A DNA stretch of 64,000 nt from Candidatus Latescibacterota bacterium (GTDB taxonomy: Bacteria > Latescibacterota > UBA2968 > GCA-2709665). This document shows positions 39,665-49,367 of this stretch, in pieces. The stretch is from NCBI GenBank assembly GCA_965205485.1, contig OZ242180.1, positions 2,592,001-2,656,000 of the forward strand. The letters run 5' to 3'. The position numbers and the translations under genes are program-made. Position 1 is the stretch's first letter; each line of letters starts with the position of its first letter. The notes below the pieces were generated by a model. The model worked only from the letters and a program-made list of their open reading frames with translations, had not been told where the DNA came from and made no database searches.

Positions 39665-42109
39665 TCATTTTTGGAGCGTGTCCGTTCGCAGGGCCGGGAC
39701 AAGGAACTGAAGATGCTCACGAAGTTGCTTTCGTTCCTCGTCGTGAGGACTGATACGAATCAGCTCCTCGAGGCAGAGGCTCGCACTGTCTCTCTTTTCG
39801 GCACGGAGAAAGCTGACGGCGAGCTTCCGGTAACTCTCGTGCATCAGCGAGTACCACACCTCACGCCCCACGGCTTCCGGAGGGATGGTGCTCTCCGCAA
39901 CCCTGATGATCTGCAGCGCTTCGGACGGGCGTTCCTGGAGGTGCAGCGTGCGCACGAGGCCTTCGAAGATCACCAGGTAATTGCTGATGAGGCGCCGGGC
40001 AACCGGGTCCTTGTATACGGTGGCGTCCGCGATTCCGGTATACCTGTAGTTCTCGAGCAGATGCCGGGAGGTCAGGCCGGCGTCGAACTGTCCGGGAGCC
40101 CGCTTCCGGACGAGCCGGTACACCATGCCTTCCATGGACAGGTGAGACCGAAGGCCGCCCATGTTGCGTTCGGGGACGGTCACCGCGAAGTATATCGGAC
40201 GCTGCCAGTTATTCCGGTCAACCAGGTACCAGATCATAAGCGTGTGAGATTCCAGAATGTCCATGCGCCTGCTACCCACCTGGAATTCGGTGAGCGGGAT
40301 GTCATCCGCCGTGACGATAATCGTGCTGTCGGCGAGTGGGATGTCATATCGTCTCGACCATGGTTTGGCGACAACCTGCTCATCGATGGTTGCATCCGTC
40401 ATCGTGATGGGAAGCATTGGCTTCAGGTCGCGCAGTTGTTTGACGTACCACGGCGTTTTGAGCAGGCTGAGGTTGACCACCCGGACGTCCCGGCGAAACC
40501 CCTCGACGTACTGGAGATACCACAGCGGGTAGGTGTCGTTGTCTCCGTTGGTGAAGATGATGGCGTTGGGTTCGCAGGAGCTCAGAATGTTCCGGGCGTA
40601 GTCGTGTGCGATGAAATCGCCCCTGCGGTCGCGTTCGAAGTGGTTGTTCTGCAGCAGGCCGATGGGCACGACCAGGCACACGACCGCGGCCACTGCCGCC
40701 GCGGGAACCGCGGCGAAACCGCGCGCGACGGCGACGATGAGGGCAGCGGCGCCGCCCCCGATCCACAGGGCGAAGAATGCGTACGCGCCAACGAAGATAT
40801 ACTCCCGTTCGCGGGGTTCGGGGTCGGGCATATTCAGGTACAACACCAGTCCGAACCCCATGAGCAGAATCATGGAGAACACGCTGGCGAATCGCTTCCA
40901 GTCTCTGTGGAGGTGGCTGACCGCGCCGACGACACCCAGGAGGATGGGCACAACCGAATACGCGATGGTTTCCCGGGTGCCGTCCAACGAGGCGACGGCC
41001 CTTCGGAACGTCCCGGACAGCATCTCGCCGACGGAAAATCGCTCCGTAAACGCAGGCAGTGTCTCCGAGAAGAATCGGCCGACGAGCCCCTGATCGTAAA
41101 ACGGGAACTGCTGGAGGAAATACTTGATGTGGATGTTGAGCTGAAAGTCCCAGAAATCGCCCCGGCGTGGAAAAATGGAGTGGACGCCGTATTGCTGGCG
41201 GGTGAGGAACGCCTTGAAATTCTCGTAGGTCTCCGGATTGTTCATATCGATGAAGGGATCCAGGCCCGAACGGATGTAGAGCATGGCGTACGTGGAATAT
41301 CCGAGTGCGATCATCGCCAGGGCGCAAAGCCAGAATGCGGGATGACGCCAGGCCGGGCGCAAGACCAGGAGCGCGGCGAGTACGGCCACGACCAGGACGG
41401 CCGTGATTGAAATATGAGGAGAGACGATACACAGAAAGGGAAAAGCCGTGAGCCCGATGACAACGGTTGCCTGCACGGAAGTGGAGCGATTCTTGAGCAG
41501 GTCGGAGAAGACCAGAATGAGGATTCCGGGCACGGTGAGCAGGCACTGCAGGTGCACGCCCGCGCCCAGAAAGAACAGGTAGACGATGAATATGAGCAGG
41601 CGGTCGCGATACCTGTCTTCCGGCGCGCCGTCCCAGCGCAGGGCCAGGTAGAATGCCAGGACGGTGAACAGCATGGACAGCGCGTAGACTTCGGCCTCGG
41701 TGGCATTTGCCCAGAAGGACGTGGAGAATGCCGCGGAAAGCGCAGCGACCGCGCCGCCTGTCAGGATGGCGATGCGGTCGGCCGCACGTCCGGGGCTGAG
41801 CCAGCGGGAGAGCAGCCGGACGCTGCAGAGGTATAACAGGACGGCGGTCGCGGCGCCGGAAAGCACCGAAATCAGGTTGACGCTGAAGGCGACGCTATCG
41901 GGAGTTGTGAAGAGGGTGAAGATGCGGCCCAGGAGGGTATGAAACGGCGCGCCGGGAGGGTGTGGAACACCGAGGATGTAAGAGGCCGCGATAAATTCAC
42001 CGGTGTCCCAGAAGGTTACCGTGGGCGCAACGGTTCGGATGTATACGAAACACGTGATCAGAAAGACAGCGGCGCCGATGAGCCGGTTCTGTTCCCGGAA
42101 CGTCCTCAT
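39665..42109 (-). CDS. DUF2723 (TMEM260-like) membrane glycosyltransferase
   Basis: PTVTFWDTGEFI, GVPHPPGAP, EAEVYA, EPRER.Y, FTNGDNDTYPLWY. Confidence 0.9.
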   Translation of the reverse strand: MRTFREQNRLIGAAVFLITCFVYIRTVAPTVTFWDTGEFIAASYILGVPHPPGAPFHTLLGRIFTLFTTPDSVAFSVNLISVLSGAATAVLLYLCSVRLLSRWLSPGRAADRIAILTGGAVAALSAAFSTSFWANATEAEVYALSMLFTVLAFYLALRWDGAPEDRYRDRLLIFIVYLFFLGAGVHLQCLLTVPGILILVFSDLLKNRSTSVQATVVIGLTAFPFLCIVSPHISITAVLVVAVLAALLVLRPAWRHPAFWLCALAMIALGYSTYAMLYIRSGLDPFIDMNNPETYENFKAFLTRQQYGVHSIFPRRGDFWDFQLNIHIKYFLQQFPFYDQGLVGRFFSETLPAFTERFSVGEMLSGTFRRAVASLDGTRETIAYSVVPILLGVVGAVSHLHRDWKRFASVFSMILLMGFGLVLYLNMPDPEPREREYIFVGAYAFFALWIGGGAAALIVAVARGFAAVPAAAVAAVVCLVVPIGLLQNNHFERDRRGDFIAHDYARNILSSCEPNAIIFTNGDNDTYPLWYLQYVEGFRRDVRVVNLSLLKTPWYVKQLRDLKPMLPITMTDATIDEQVVAKPWSRRYDIPLADSTIIVTADDIPLTEFQVGSRRMDILESHTLMIWYLVDRNNWQRPIYFAVTVPERNMGGLRSHLSMEGMVYRLVRKRAPGQFDAGLTSRHLLENYRYTGIADATVYKDPVARRLISNYLVIFEGLVRTLHLQERPSEALQIIRVAESTIPPEAVGREVWYSLMHESYRKLAVSFLRAEKRDSASLCLEELIRISPHDEERKQLREHLQFLVPALRTDTLQK

Positions 42110-42197
42110 GGATGCCTCAGGCTATGTCGGCCCTCGGGACTTCCAGGGCAGGTAAACCGGCTCTTCGGCAATGCTGAATGACGACCCATGGCGGCGA

Positions 42198-42449
42198 TCA
42201 CTCTTCTGGCAGTTCTTCGGGGCCGTAGATGCGGATGGATTCGTACTGCTTTTCGTAGATGGCGTAGTAGACGTTGCCGTCCTTCAGAATCCAGGCGCTC
42301 GTACCCGCGCCGGTGATGGCAACACTGGAGCCCGCCTCCTCACTCTGTGCATGGGCCGTGCCGGGAGACCAGAGCGGTCGGACCAGGTTGGCAATCAGCA
42401 GGAGTGCGACAACAGCCAGGAGCGACTTCAGGGATTTACTGTTCGACAT
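42198..42449 (-). CDS. Small hypothetical exported protein
   Basis: 83 aa; hydrophobic N-terminus ending AHA; AAGGA RBS. Confidence 0.65.
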   Translation of the reverse strand: MSNSKSLKSLLAVVALLLIANLVRPLWSPGTAHAQSEEAGSSVAITGAGTSAWILKDGNVYYAIYEKQYESIRIYGPEELPEE

Positions 42450-42572
42450 GGGGCTGAATCCTTTCGGTGAAAGAAGACGTTGAACGGTGTGTGGAGGGTT
42501 GTACGCTCCACCAATCTACAAGTTTCACGAATTTCCGTCAAGCGAGGGCAGGCAGGACCGGGTCATCCATCG

Positions 42573-42613
42573 AAAAAAAAGCCACAGCCTTCGCGTGACG
42601 CCGGCTGTGGCTT
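42573..42613 (-). terminator. Intrinsic terminator downstream of the sigma factor gene
   Basis: gccacagcc/ggctgtggc stem followed by T8 on the minus strand. Confidence 0.8.
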
Positions 42614-42615
42614 GG

Positions 42616-42775
42616 CAGTCCGTTGAAACAGTCCATCCGGGCTGCGTCCGGCCCTTGTGGCCGAATGACTGCGTTGCGCTCCCTCGCCGAATCGCTCGAT
42701 GGGACTCGGTCGCGCGCCTTGCCTTCAGCCACAATGACTCGGCCTCGCCTGCAGAGCGACTCTTCCATCGGACTG
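42616..42775 (-). mobile_element. MITE family A, copy 2 (160 bp, inverted)
   Basis: Reverse-complement homolog of 24360-24519. Confidence 0.88.
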
Positions 42776-42793
42776 TATGGACGCATACCGTCT

Positions 42794-43651
42794 TCAGTGC
42801 AGATATGCCTTGAGCGGGCGGCTACGGGAGTTGTGGCGCAGCCGGTGGATGGCTTTTTCCTTGATCTGGCGTACCCGCTCGCGCGTCAATCCGAAACGTT
42901 CGCCGATTTCTTCCAGGGTAAGCGGGTGCTCACGGTTGATGCCGAAGTAGAGGCTGATCACTTCGGCTTCGCGTGGCGTGAGGGTTGCCAGCGCTTTCTC
43001 GACTTCGCGGTGGAGCGAGTCGTCGATGAGCGATTCGTCGGGGGGCGGCTGCAACTGATCTTCCAGAATGTCCAGCAGACTGTTGTCTTCGCTTTCGCTG
43101 AACGGGGCGTCAAGCGAAAGGTGCCGGCTCGAGATCTTGAGCGTATCCATCACCTCATAGTCGCTCATTTCAAGTTCATCGGCAATCTCGCTGGGGCTGG
43201 GCTCTCGACCGAATTCCTGCTCCAGCCCGCTGGATGCCTTGCCGATTTTGTGCAGGGCGCCCACCCTGTTCAGAGGCAGCCGTACGATTCTGGACTGTTC
43301 GGCCAGGGCCTGAAGGATGGCCTGCCTGATCCACCACACGGCGTATGAAATGAACTTGAAGCCCTTTGTTTCATCGAAGCGTTTGGCCGCTTTAATAAGA
43401 CCCAGATTTCCTTCGTTGATCAGGTCTCCCATTGAGAGACCCTGATTCTGGTATTGTTTGGCCACGCTTACAACGAATCTAAGGTTGGCTTTGGTCAGCT
43501 TCTCGAGGGCATCCTGGTCGCCCTTCTTGATACGCTTGGCGAGGGCGATCTCTTCGTCTGCCGTGAGAAGATCGACTTCTCCGATCTCCTGAAGGTACTG
43601 ATCCAGGGATTCATCTTCGCGCGCGTACGGCCTCTTAGCTAGCTTAGACAC
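42794..43651 (-). CDS. RpoD/SigA-family sigma-70 factor (short form, no region 1.1)
   Basis: [54 protein letters not shown]. Confidence 0.96.
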   Translation of the reverse strand: MSKLAKRPYAREDESLDQYLQEIGEVDLLTADEEIALAKRIKKGDQDALEKLTKANLRFVVSVAKQYQNQGLSMGDLINEGNLGLIKAAKRFDETKGFKFISYAVWWIRQAILQALAEQSRIVRLPLNRVGALHKIGKASSGLEQEFGREPSPSEIADELEMSDYEVMDTLKISSRHLSLDAPFSESEDNSLLDILEDQLQPPPDESLIDDSLHREVEKALATLTPREAEVISLYFGINREHPLTLEEIGERFGLTRERVRQIKEKAIHRLRHNSRSRPLKAYLH

Positions 43652-43883
43652 TCGTCAGCCTTTCTTTGCACCGGGGAAGGTCGGTTCAGTTGGCCGGAGT
43701 TACGAGCCGGACTGTGAGCCGAGAAATCAGTTCGGGAGAATCGACTGAATATCTCGAAGGGGACTAAGACTGTCGTAGTGAACCTTGCTGATGCTGATAC
43801 CGGTCATGAAGACAGGTGAGCGCTACATAAGAATGCCTCCTTTCAATCGGCCGGACGTCCTTCAACAGATGACTGAAGCGCGT

Positions 43884-45266
43884 TCAGCGCCCCGGTCGGA
43901 GGGCAACGAACCGCGTATTGCCGTCGTCCTTATTGAGGATAAGGAACAGACCGGGCCTTACAGCCCTCTTGATCTCTTCAACCATCTTGTTATAGTCCCG
44001 GACGTTTGAGATGGCAACGCCGTCGATTTCGAGGATCGCATCGCCGCGTTCGATTTGTTTTTTTTCCGCCGGACTTCCGGGCGCGACGTAATGTACCACG
44101 ACGCCGGGTCCAGTTCTGGACACCTGGAGGCGGCCGCTTTCCCAATCCGAGCGATTCTTGACCTCAAGCCCGGGCCAACCTGAACTGTTGGAACGGAATC
44201 CGTTCGGAGGACGAGGCTGCTTCAGCCTCCGTCCCAGCGTGCAGGAGATCCTGAGCGGTCTCCCGTCCCGAACGACGATAAGCGCAATGGACTCCCCGGG
44301 ACGGTACCTTGTTATCCGATTGAGAAAATCCTGGGCATTGATGATGGGGCTGGCGTCGAGCGACCTGATGATGTCGCCCCGCTTGAGGCCGCCCCGCCCC
44401 GCCGGGCCGTCCGCCTGAACTTCCCCGATCAATATGCCCGACGTCGACTGCAGATCCAGCGCGTCCGCGAGATCGCGGGTTAGATCCTGGGGTTGGATAC
44501 CCAGGTAACCGCGGACAACCTCTCCGTGTTGACGGAGTTCCGCTGCAACCCGGCCGGCAACGTCAATCGGAATGGCGAATCCGATGCCGGACCCCGCGGG
44601 ATTGTACGCGGTATTCACGCCCACGACCCGCCCGGCGCTATTGACGAGGGGTCCACCGCTGTTGCCTGGATTGATGGACGCGTCCGTCTGCAGGAAGTCC
44701 TGAAAGGGCGGCGCCGGAATGTCGCCCTGAATTCGCTCCAGATACCTTCCCTTGCCGCTGACCACGCCGACGCTGACAGTATGGTGAAAGCCGAAAGGAC
44801 TGCCAACGGCCATCACCCAGTCGCCGACCTCTACGGAATCTGAAGTGCCCAGACGCGCAATGCGCGTACGATCGATCGGGACGTTTGAAAGAAGCCGTAG
44901 AAGCGCCAGGTCGGTGTCCGGATCCTGCCCGATGATTTCCGCGGCGTATTCCGTGCCGTCGAAAAACTCCACCTGAATACCGGCCGCGCCGTCTATAACG
45001 TGGTTGCTCGTCAGGATATGTCCGGTGGCGTCCAGGACAAAGCCTGATCCGTATCGCAACGCAGACGGACCCCGGCGCAACCCCGACCGGGAGATCTCCC
45101 TGCCGTAGGGTGTGTTGGCAGATATGCTGACAACCGCCGGTCTTACCAGCCTGACAACATTGGCAAACGACCGTACGGGACTGTCGGCCCATGCAGTCTC
45201 GAACCGCAACAGGAAGAGCGCAGCAAAGAAGGTAACCTGGCAAACACGCCGGAGTTGGGGTGTCAT
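43884..45266 (-). CDS. DegP/HtrA family serine protease with two PDZ domains
   Basis: GSGF, TSNHVI, DLAL, TDASINPGNSGGPL, two PDZ domains. Confidence 0.95.
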   Translation of the reverse strand: MTPQLRRVCQVTFFAALFLLRFETAWADSPVRSFANVVRLVRPAVVSISANTPYGREISRSGLRRGPSALRYGSGFVLDATGHILTSNHVIDGAAGIQVEFFDGTEYAAEIIGQDPDTDLALLRLLSNVPIDRTRIARLGTSDSVEVGDWVMAVGSPFGFHHTVSVGVVSGKGRYLERIQGDIPAPPFQDFLQTDASINPGNSGGPLVNSAGRVVGVNTAYNPAGSGIGFAIPIDVAGRVAAELRQHGEVVRGYLGIQPQDLTRDLADALDLQSTSGILIGEVQADGPAGRGGLKRGDIIRSLDASPIINAQDFLNRITRYRPGESIALIVVRDGRPLRISCTLGRRLKQPRPPNGFRSNSSGWPGLEVKNRSDWESGRLQVSRTGPGVVVHYVAPGSPAEKKQIERGDAILEIDGVAISNVRDYNKMVEEIKRAVRPGLFLILNKDDGNTRFVALRPGR

Positions 45267-45285
45267 GCCGACAAGACCGACAGGG

Positions 45286-45630
45286 CTATGTCTCCGCCTC
45301 TGCGGTTTTCTCCTCTTCCTGGTTGTTGCCGGATTTCAGATTGTTCAGATGGGCTTCCCGCTCTTGCAGGAGGTTTTCGAGTTCGTTGATTCTCCGCACC
45401 AGTTCCTGAACGTCGTCTGCCTGGGCAACGTCAGCTTCGCCACCCTCGGACAGGTGCGCGTAGACCGCGCCTCCCAACTCTGCGAAGGCTTCGTGTATGG
45501 CATGGCGGGTCCCGGCGATATCGAGCCTGGCGCGGCCGATTTTCCCGAGGTGCTCGGCTTTGTGGGCTGCCGTCGCGGCACTGTCGATGATCCCTCGCTT
45601 AATGCGTTCCCAAAGCGTGTCTGTATCCAT
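45286..45630 (-). CDS. Hypothetical coiled-coil protein
   Basis: AAGGAG RBS; helical 114-aa ORF. Confidence 0.7.
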   Translation of the reverse strand: MDTDTLWERIKRGIIDSAATAAHKAEHLGKIGRARLDIAGTRHAIHEAFAELGGAVYAHLSEGGEADVAQADDVQELVRRINELENLLQEREAHLNNLKSGNNQEEEKTAEAET

Positions 45631-45647
45631 CCGGGACTCCTTCGACG

Positions 45648-46097
45648 CTACGTGTCGATGTTGGCATTTGCGCTGCGGAGCGCCTGGATCAACTGCTCGC
45701 GGGTTGCACGGGAGATCTCGCGCCCCCTTATGGACAGACCGGGCGTCTTTCTGGCCAGTTGACGGAGCTGTACTACCGAGAGACCGCTGACGTCCGGATT
45801 ATCCGGGTTCCGGGGTTGCTGCCCGTTCAATTCGAATACGTCGACCAGATCGTCGTGAGGATTCGGAATCACGTGCCGCGATACCAGTTGCCCGACCCGT
45901 TCCGCAGCCTCGGCGGCAGCCTGAACGGCGGCCTGTACGGCCCCCACGTCGCCCAGGATTCGAATGGACACCAGGCCTCCCTCTATCTTCTCAACGGCCG
46001 CGAGTTCAACGGCCGCGGCCTTCACGGCCGCGTCGGCGGCTTCGACGACGCCGGTGAATCCACGTGTTTCAATGAGTCCTAACGCGTTTTTGGCCAT
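45648..46097 (-). CDS. BMC-H shell protein with a C-terminal helical extension
   Basis: ALGLIETRG...AADAAVKAA...GDVGAVQAAV...HVIPNPH plus a ~55-aa tail. Confidence 0.92.
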   Translation of the reverse strand: MAKNALGLIETRGFTGVVEAADAAVKAAAVELAAVEKIEGGLVSIRILGDVGAVQAAVQAAAEAAERVGQLVSRHVIPNPHDDLVDVFELNGQQPRNPDNPDVSGLSVVQLRQLARKTPGLSIRGREISRATREQLIQALRSANANIDT

Positions 46098-46119
46098 TTC
46101 GGGACCCGGAGCACCAGCT

Positions 46120-46293
46120 GCGAAAACACGACAGCGGCCACCTCGGGCGCACGGAGACGCCCGAGGTGGCCGCTGTCGTTCAACTTAGCAGATGAAATAG
46201 GGGAAAGATCATCAGGACCATTCGGTTACGTACAATCGCTAAGTTAGGTTACGTGCCAATCTTTAAGATAAGGAAAATGTCCGTTCGTGTCAC
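46120..46293 (-). promoter_or_regulatory. Promoter, structured leader and strong hairpin upstream of the BMC-H gene (candidate sRNA/attenuator)
   Basis: GTGACA-17 nt-TATCTT (46293-46265); perfect 22-bp stem 46128-46149/46158-46179 followed by GTTTTC. Confidence 0.6.
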
Positions 46294-46350
46294 GTTTTTT
46301 TTCGGTCACGAAAAAGACAGGTATATACTTAATATCTGGAAAACAATAAG

Positions 46351-47967
46351 TTATCGAAAAAAGTCCTGCGACCAGTCATAACGGCTCGCCCCTTTTTCCG
46401 TACCAAACCAGACGTAGTCGTCCTGAAGGAGCACGGCCTGTGTACGATCGTCGATCAAGCCGCTGGTTTGCGTGTAGCGTTTCCAGAGTTTCGTGGAAAT
46501 ATCAAAGCGGAACCCGCCGAGGTCGGTGCCGAGCCAGACGTGGCTGGTATCGGCCGCGATGGAAACGTGACGGTCGCCGTGCAATTCGGCGAGCGCGAAT
46601 CGTTGCCAGGCCGAGTCGGGTGCGGCCAGATGAATGAGCGCAGACGGCGATTCAACGGTTGCCCACACGCCGTCCCTGCAGGTGGCCAGCCCGCTGATGG
46701 GCCGGGACGTGAGTCCGCCGGGGCTCCGGACGGGCGTCCAGCTCACGTCGTCGACGGGACAGCGAAACAGACCCAGATGTGTGCCGGCCCAGATGTAGCC
46801 CGCGCCGGCGGCCATGGCCTGGATGGCGAATCTCTCGCTGCCGCCCACCCAGCGAATGGTGTCGGCCTGTGTATCGAACACGGCCAGTCCTGCCTGGGTG
46901 CCGATCCAGACCCGCGTGCCCGCTCTGGCCAGCGCGGTGACGCCTCTGCGGCTTGGCAAACGATAGGTGATCCACTGTCCGGAGTGACGGACGTAACGGA
47001 TGAGTCCGTTCCAGGCGCCGAACCAGACCGTGGCGCTGTCGGGAAGAATGGCGGAAATACGGGCCTCGTCCAGACCCATGATGTGTTCCGGTTCGAAGTA
47101 CTCCCATAGTTGGGTTGAGAGGTGGTATCGGGTAATTCCCTGTTCCCTGAGCCCGTAGACGCCCCTGCCTCCGAACCAGATGCTGTCTCCGTCTCTCGCC
47201 ATGGCAGTGATATTCTCGTCGAGAGGCCCGAAAGCGTGAAACTCGAGCTGCCGGTCCGTCATGTTCGCCTTGCCGACGCCCAATCCGCCGGTGCCGATCC
47301 ACAGCGATTGCCAGGTGTCCATCAGCGTCGCCGTGATGGGATAGCTCCGTCGCGGACCCTGGATCCATCCGCCCTCAATGAAGAAGCCAAAGGGCATATA
47401 GATCGGCGGAATCGTCGCCGGCGGGGGGCGTGGGGGCGGATCGTCGCCGAAATAGGAAACGGATTCGAGCCGCGTGAGCCAGCGGGCCGCGCCCGACGGC
47501 GTGTCCATCCAGAGTTCGCCGGTTCTGGCGTCGTAGGCGATAGCGCGGATGCGATTGTCGGGCAGGCCGTCCAGGACGGTTAGCGGCCTGTGCCATCGTT
47601 CGCCGTAAATATCGAAACGCCGGATGCCCCCCTCGGTGCCCACGTAGACGTACTGGCTGCCTTCAGCCAGGGCCGTAACCGAATTCATGTTGGGAAAGTG
47701 GGTCCAGAGTTCCCGATCGAACGCGGGAGCCGGTTCCGCGAGCATGAGAAACAGCGCGATGAGAAGCTGTTTTAAAATCACCGGTGAGTTCCCGAGCGCG
47801 AGCGAAAAAGTGGCGGTCAAGGCGGGAAAATCCGCCCATATACTAATGTATCGTGGCTGCGCGCCCCTCGCCACTCTTGGGTGGGTTTGACCAACGCCGA
47901 CCGGCGCTTTTGCAGCCGCGCGAAGACCGCTGGGGATTTTAAGACAGCTTCTGGAAAAGGATATCAT
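46351..47967 (-). CDS. Secreted beta-propeller protein (two-component-regulator propeller-like) with an in-frame MITE near the N-terminus
   Basis: Repeated W-x-G-T-x-x-G-L blades; frame open from ATG 47967 through the MITE. Confidence 0.75.
   Translation of the reverse strand: MISFSRSCLKIPSGLRAAAKAPVGVGQTHPRVARGAQPRYISIWADFPALTATFSLALGNSPVILKQLLIALFLMLAEPAPAFDRELWTHFPNMNSVTALAEGSQYVYVGTEGGIRRFDIYGERWHRPLTVLDGLPDNRIRAIAYDARTGELWMDTPSGAARWLTRLESVSYFGDDPPPRPPPATIPPIYMPFGFFIEGGWIQGPRRSYPITATLMDTWQSLWIGTGGLGVGKANMTDRQLEFHAFGPLDENITAMARDGDSIWFGGRGVYGLREQGITRYHLSTQLWEYFEPEHIMGLDEARISAILPDSATVWFGAWNGLIRYVRHSGQWITYRLPSRRGVTALARAGTRVWIGTQAGLAVFDTQADTIRWVGGSERFAIQAMAAGAGYIWAGTHLGLFRCPVDDVSWTPVRSPGGLTSRPISGLATCRDGVWATVESPSALIHLAAPDSAWQRFALAELHGDRHVSIAADTSHVWLGTDLGGFRFDISTKLWKRYTQTSGLIDDRTQAVLLQDDYVWFGTEKGASRYDWSQDFFR
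47763..47951. mobile_element. MITE family B, copy 1 (189 bp)
   Basis: Terminal IRs gaagctgttttaaaat / attttaagacagcttc; near-identical to 54618-54806. Confidence 0.9.
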
Positions 47968-47986
47968 GGGTTCGGGGATCCGTGCG

Positions 47987-49177
47987 TTACGACATACGCC
48001 TGACGAGGGCCGCGGTCTCACGGGCCACGATGACTTCTTCGTTGGTGGTCACGATCGCGATTTTCGCGGCGCTTTCGGAAGCGGAGATCAGCCGCTCCGG
48101 AGGTCCGGAGGCGTTCGTTTCCGGGTCGAGCTCAATTCCCAGAAACTCCAGACCCCGGCAGACGCGCCTCCGAACGTGAACGCCGCGTTCGCCGATGCCT
48201 CCCGCAAAGGCCAGCGCATCGACTCCGCCAAGCGCGGCCGCCATTGCGCCGATGGCTGTCTTCACGCCGTAGCAGAACGTCTCGATGGCCAGTCTTGCCC
48301 TTGGGTTGCCGGCATCGGCGGCCGTTTCAAGGTCGCGGACGTCCCCGCTGAGACCGGAGATTCCGACCAGGCCGCTTTCCGTGGTGAGAATGCGCCGGAT
48401 GTCGTCCGTAGAGAGGTTTTCGCGGTCCATCATGAATGGAATGATGAAGGGGTCGATGGCGCCGTTACGGTTTCCGTGGATGATACCGTCCTGGGCTGAG
48501 AATCCCATCGTGGTGTCGATCGACCTCCCGTCCTTGATCGCGCACAGAGACGCGCTGCCGCCGAGGTGGCAGGAAATCAGATTCAGTCCGACGGCCGGCC
48601 GGTCGAGGAGCCGCGGCACTCTTTCCGAGACGTAGCGGTGGGAGGCGCCGTGGAAACCGTATTTGCGCACGCCGTAGGTCTCGTACCAGACGAACGGAAT
48701 GCTGTAGGTGTACGCGTAATCCGGAATGGTGGCGTGGAACGCCGGTTCGAAGAGCCCGATCAGAGGAAGGTCCGGGTAGAGCGCGCGAAAGATCCGGACA
48801 GCCTGTATGTACGGGGGATTGTGGGCCGGCGCGAGATCGTTGTAGTCGGCCATGCGCTTGAGAATCCCGTCGTCCAGCACGTACGTCCCCGGTTCCCCGC
48901 GCAGGTGGACGGTCTTGAACCCGACGGCGTCCAGGTCGGAGCCTCCCCGGCTTCCGACCACGCTCCCGAGCGTTTCCATGACGTTCCGGATCGCAGTAGG
49001 GTAATCGGGAAGCGCGCAGGTGGATCGGGTTTCCGATGTACCAATGCGATGTTGAACGGGACATCGCGTGCCGCCGATACGTTCGAGGCGCCCCTCGGCG
49101 AGTACCGTCTCGTCGGTCATATCGAAGAGTTTGTACTTGAACGACGTACTGCCGACGTTTGCGACGAGGATTTTCAT
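47987..49177 (-). CDS. ackA: Acetate/propionate kinase
   Basis: MKILVANVGSTSFKY, LAPAHNP, RKYGFHGASH, CHLGGSAS, FAGGIGE, TNEE. Confidence 0.93.
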   Translation of the reverse strand: MKILVANVGSTSFKYKLFDMTDETVLAEGRLERIGGTRCPVQHRIGTSETRSTCALPDYPTAIRNVMETLGSVVGSRGGSDLDAVGFKTVHLRGEPGTYVLDDGILKRMADYNDLAPAHNPPYIQAVRIFRALYPDLPLIGLFEPAFHATIPDYAYTYSIPFVWYETYGVRKYGFHGASHRYVSERVPRLLDRPAVGLNLISCHLGGSASLCAIKDGRSIDTTMGFSAQDGIIHGNRNGAIDPFIIPFMMDRENLSTDDIRRILTTESGLVGISGLSGDVRDLETAADAGNPRARLAIETFCYGVKTAIGAMAAALGGVDALAFAGGIGERGVHVRRRVCRGLEFLGIELDPETNASGPPERLISASESAAKIAIVTTNEEVIVARETAALVRRMS

Positions 49178-49178
49178 A

Positions 49179-49340
49179 GAAGTTGTCTAAAAATTACCGG
49201 TGAGTTCCAGAGCGTGAGCGAAAAAGCGGCGGTCAAGGCGGGAAAATCCGCCCATATTTGTCTATAAGGGTGGGTTTGACCAACGCTGACCGGCGCTTTT
49301 GCAGCCGCGCGAAGACCGCTGGGAATTTTAAGACAGCTTC
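49179..49340. mobile_element. MITE family B, copy 2 (162 bp, internal deletion)
   Basis: Same ends and core; ends 1 nt before the ackA start codon. Confidence 0.88.
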
Positions 49341-49367
49341 ATCGGCGGCGGCGTGGGGTGTCGCGGA

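Noticed and set aside
39671..41410. 579-aa plus-strand ORF and similar long antisense ORFs (e.g. 20920-22422, 10499-11842, 51116-52459)
   Set aside because: Shadow ORFs opposite well-supported genes, expected in high-GC DNA; no recognisable motifs
42794..43651. Truncated rpoD pseudogene
   Set aside because: Regions 1.2-4 are intact; short RpoD-type sigmas lacking region 1.1 are normal in several phyla
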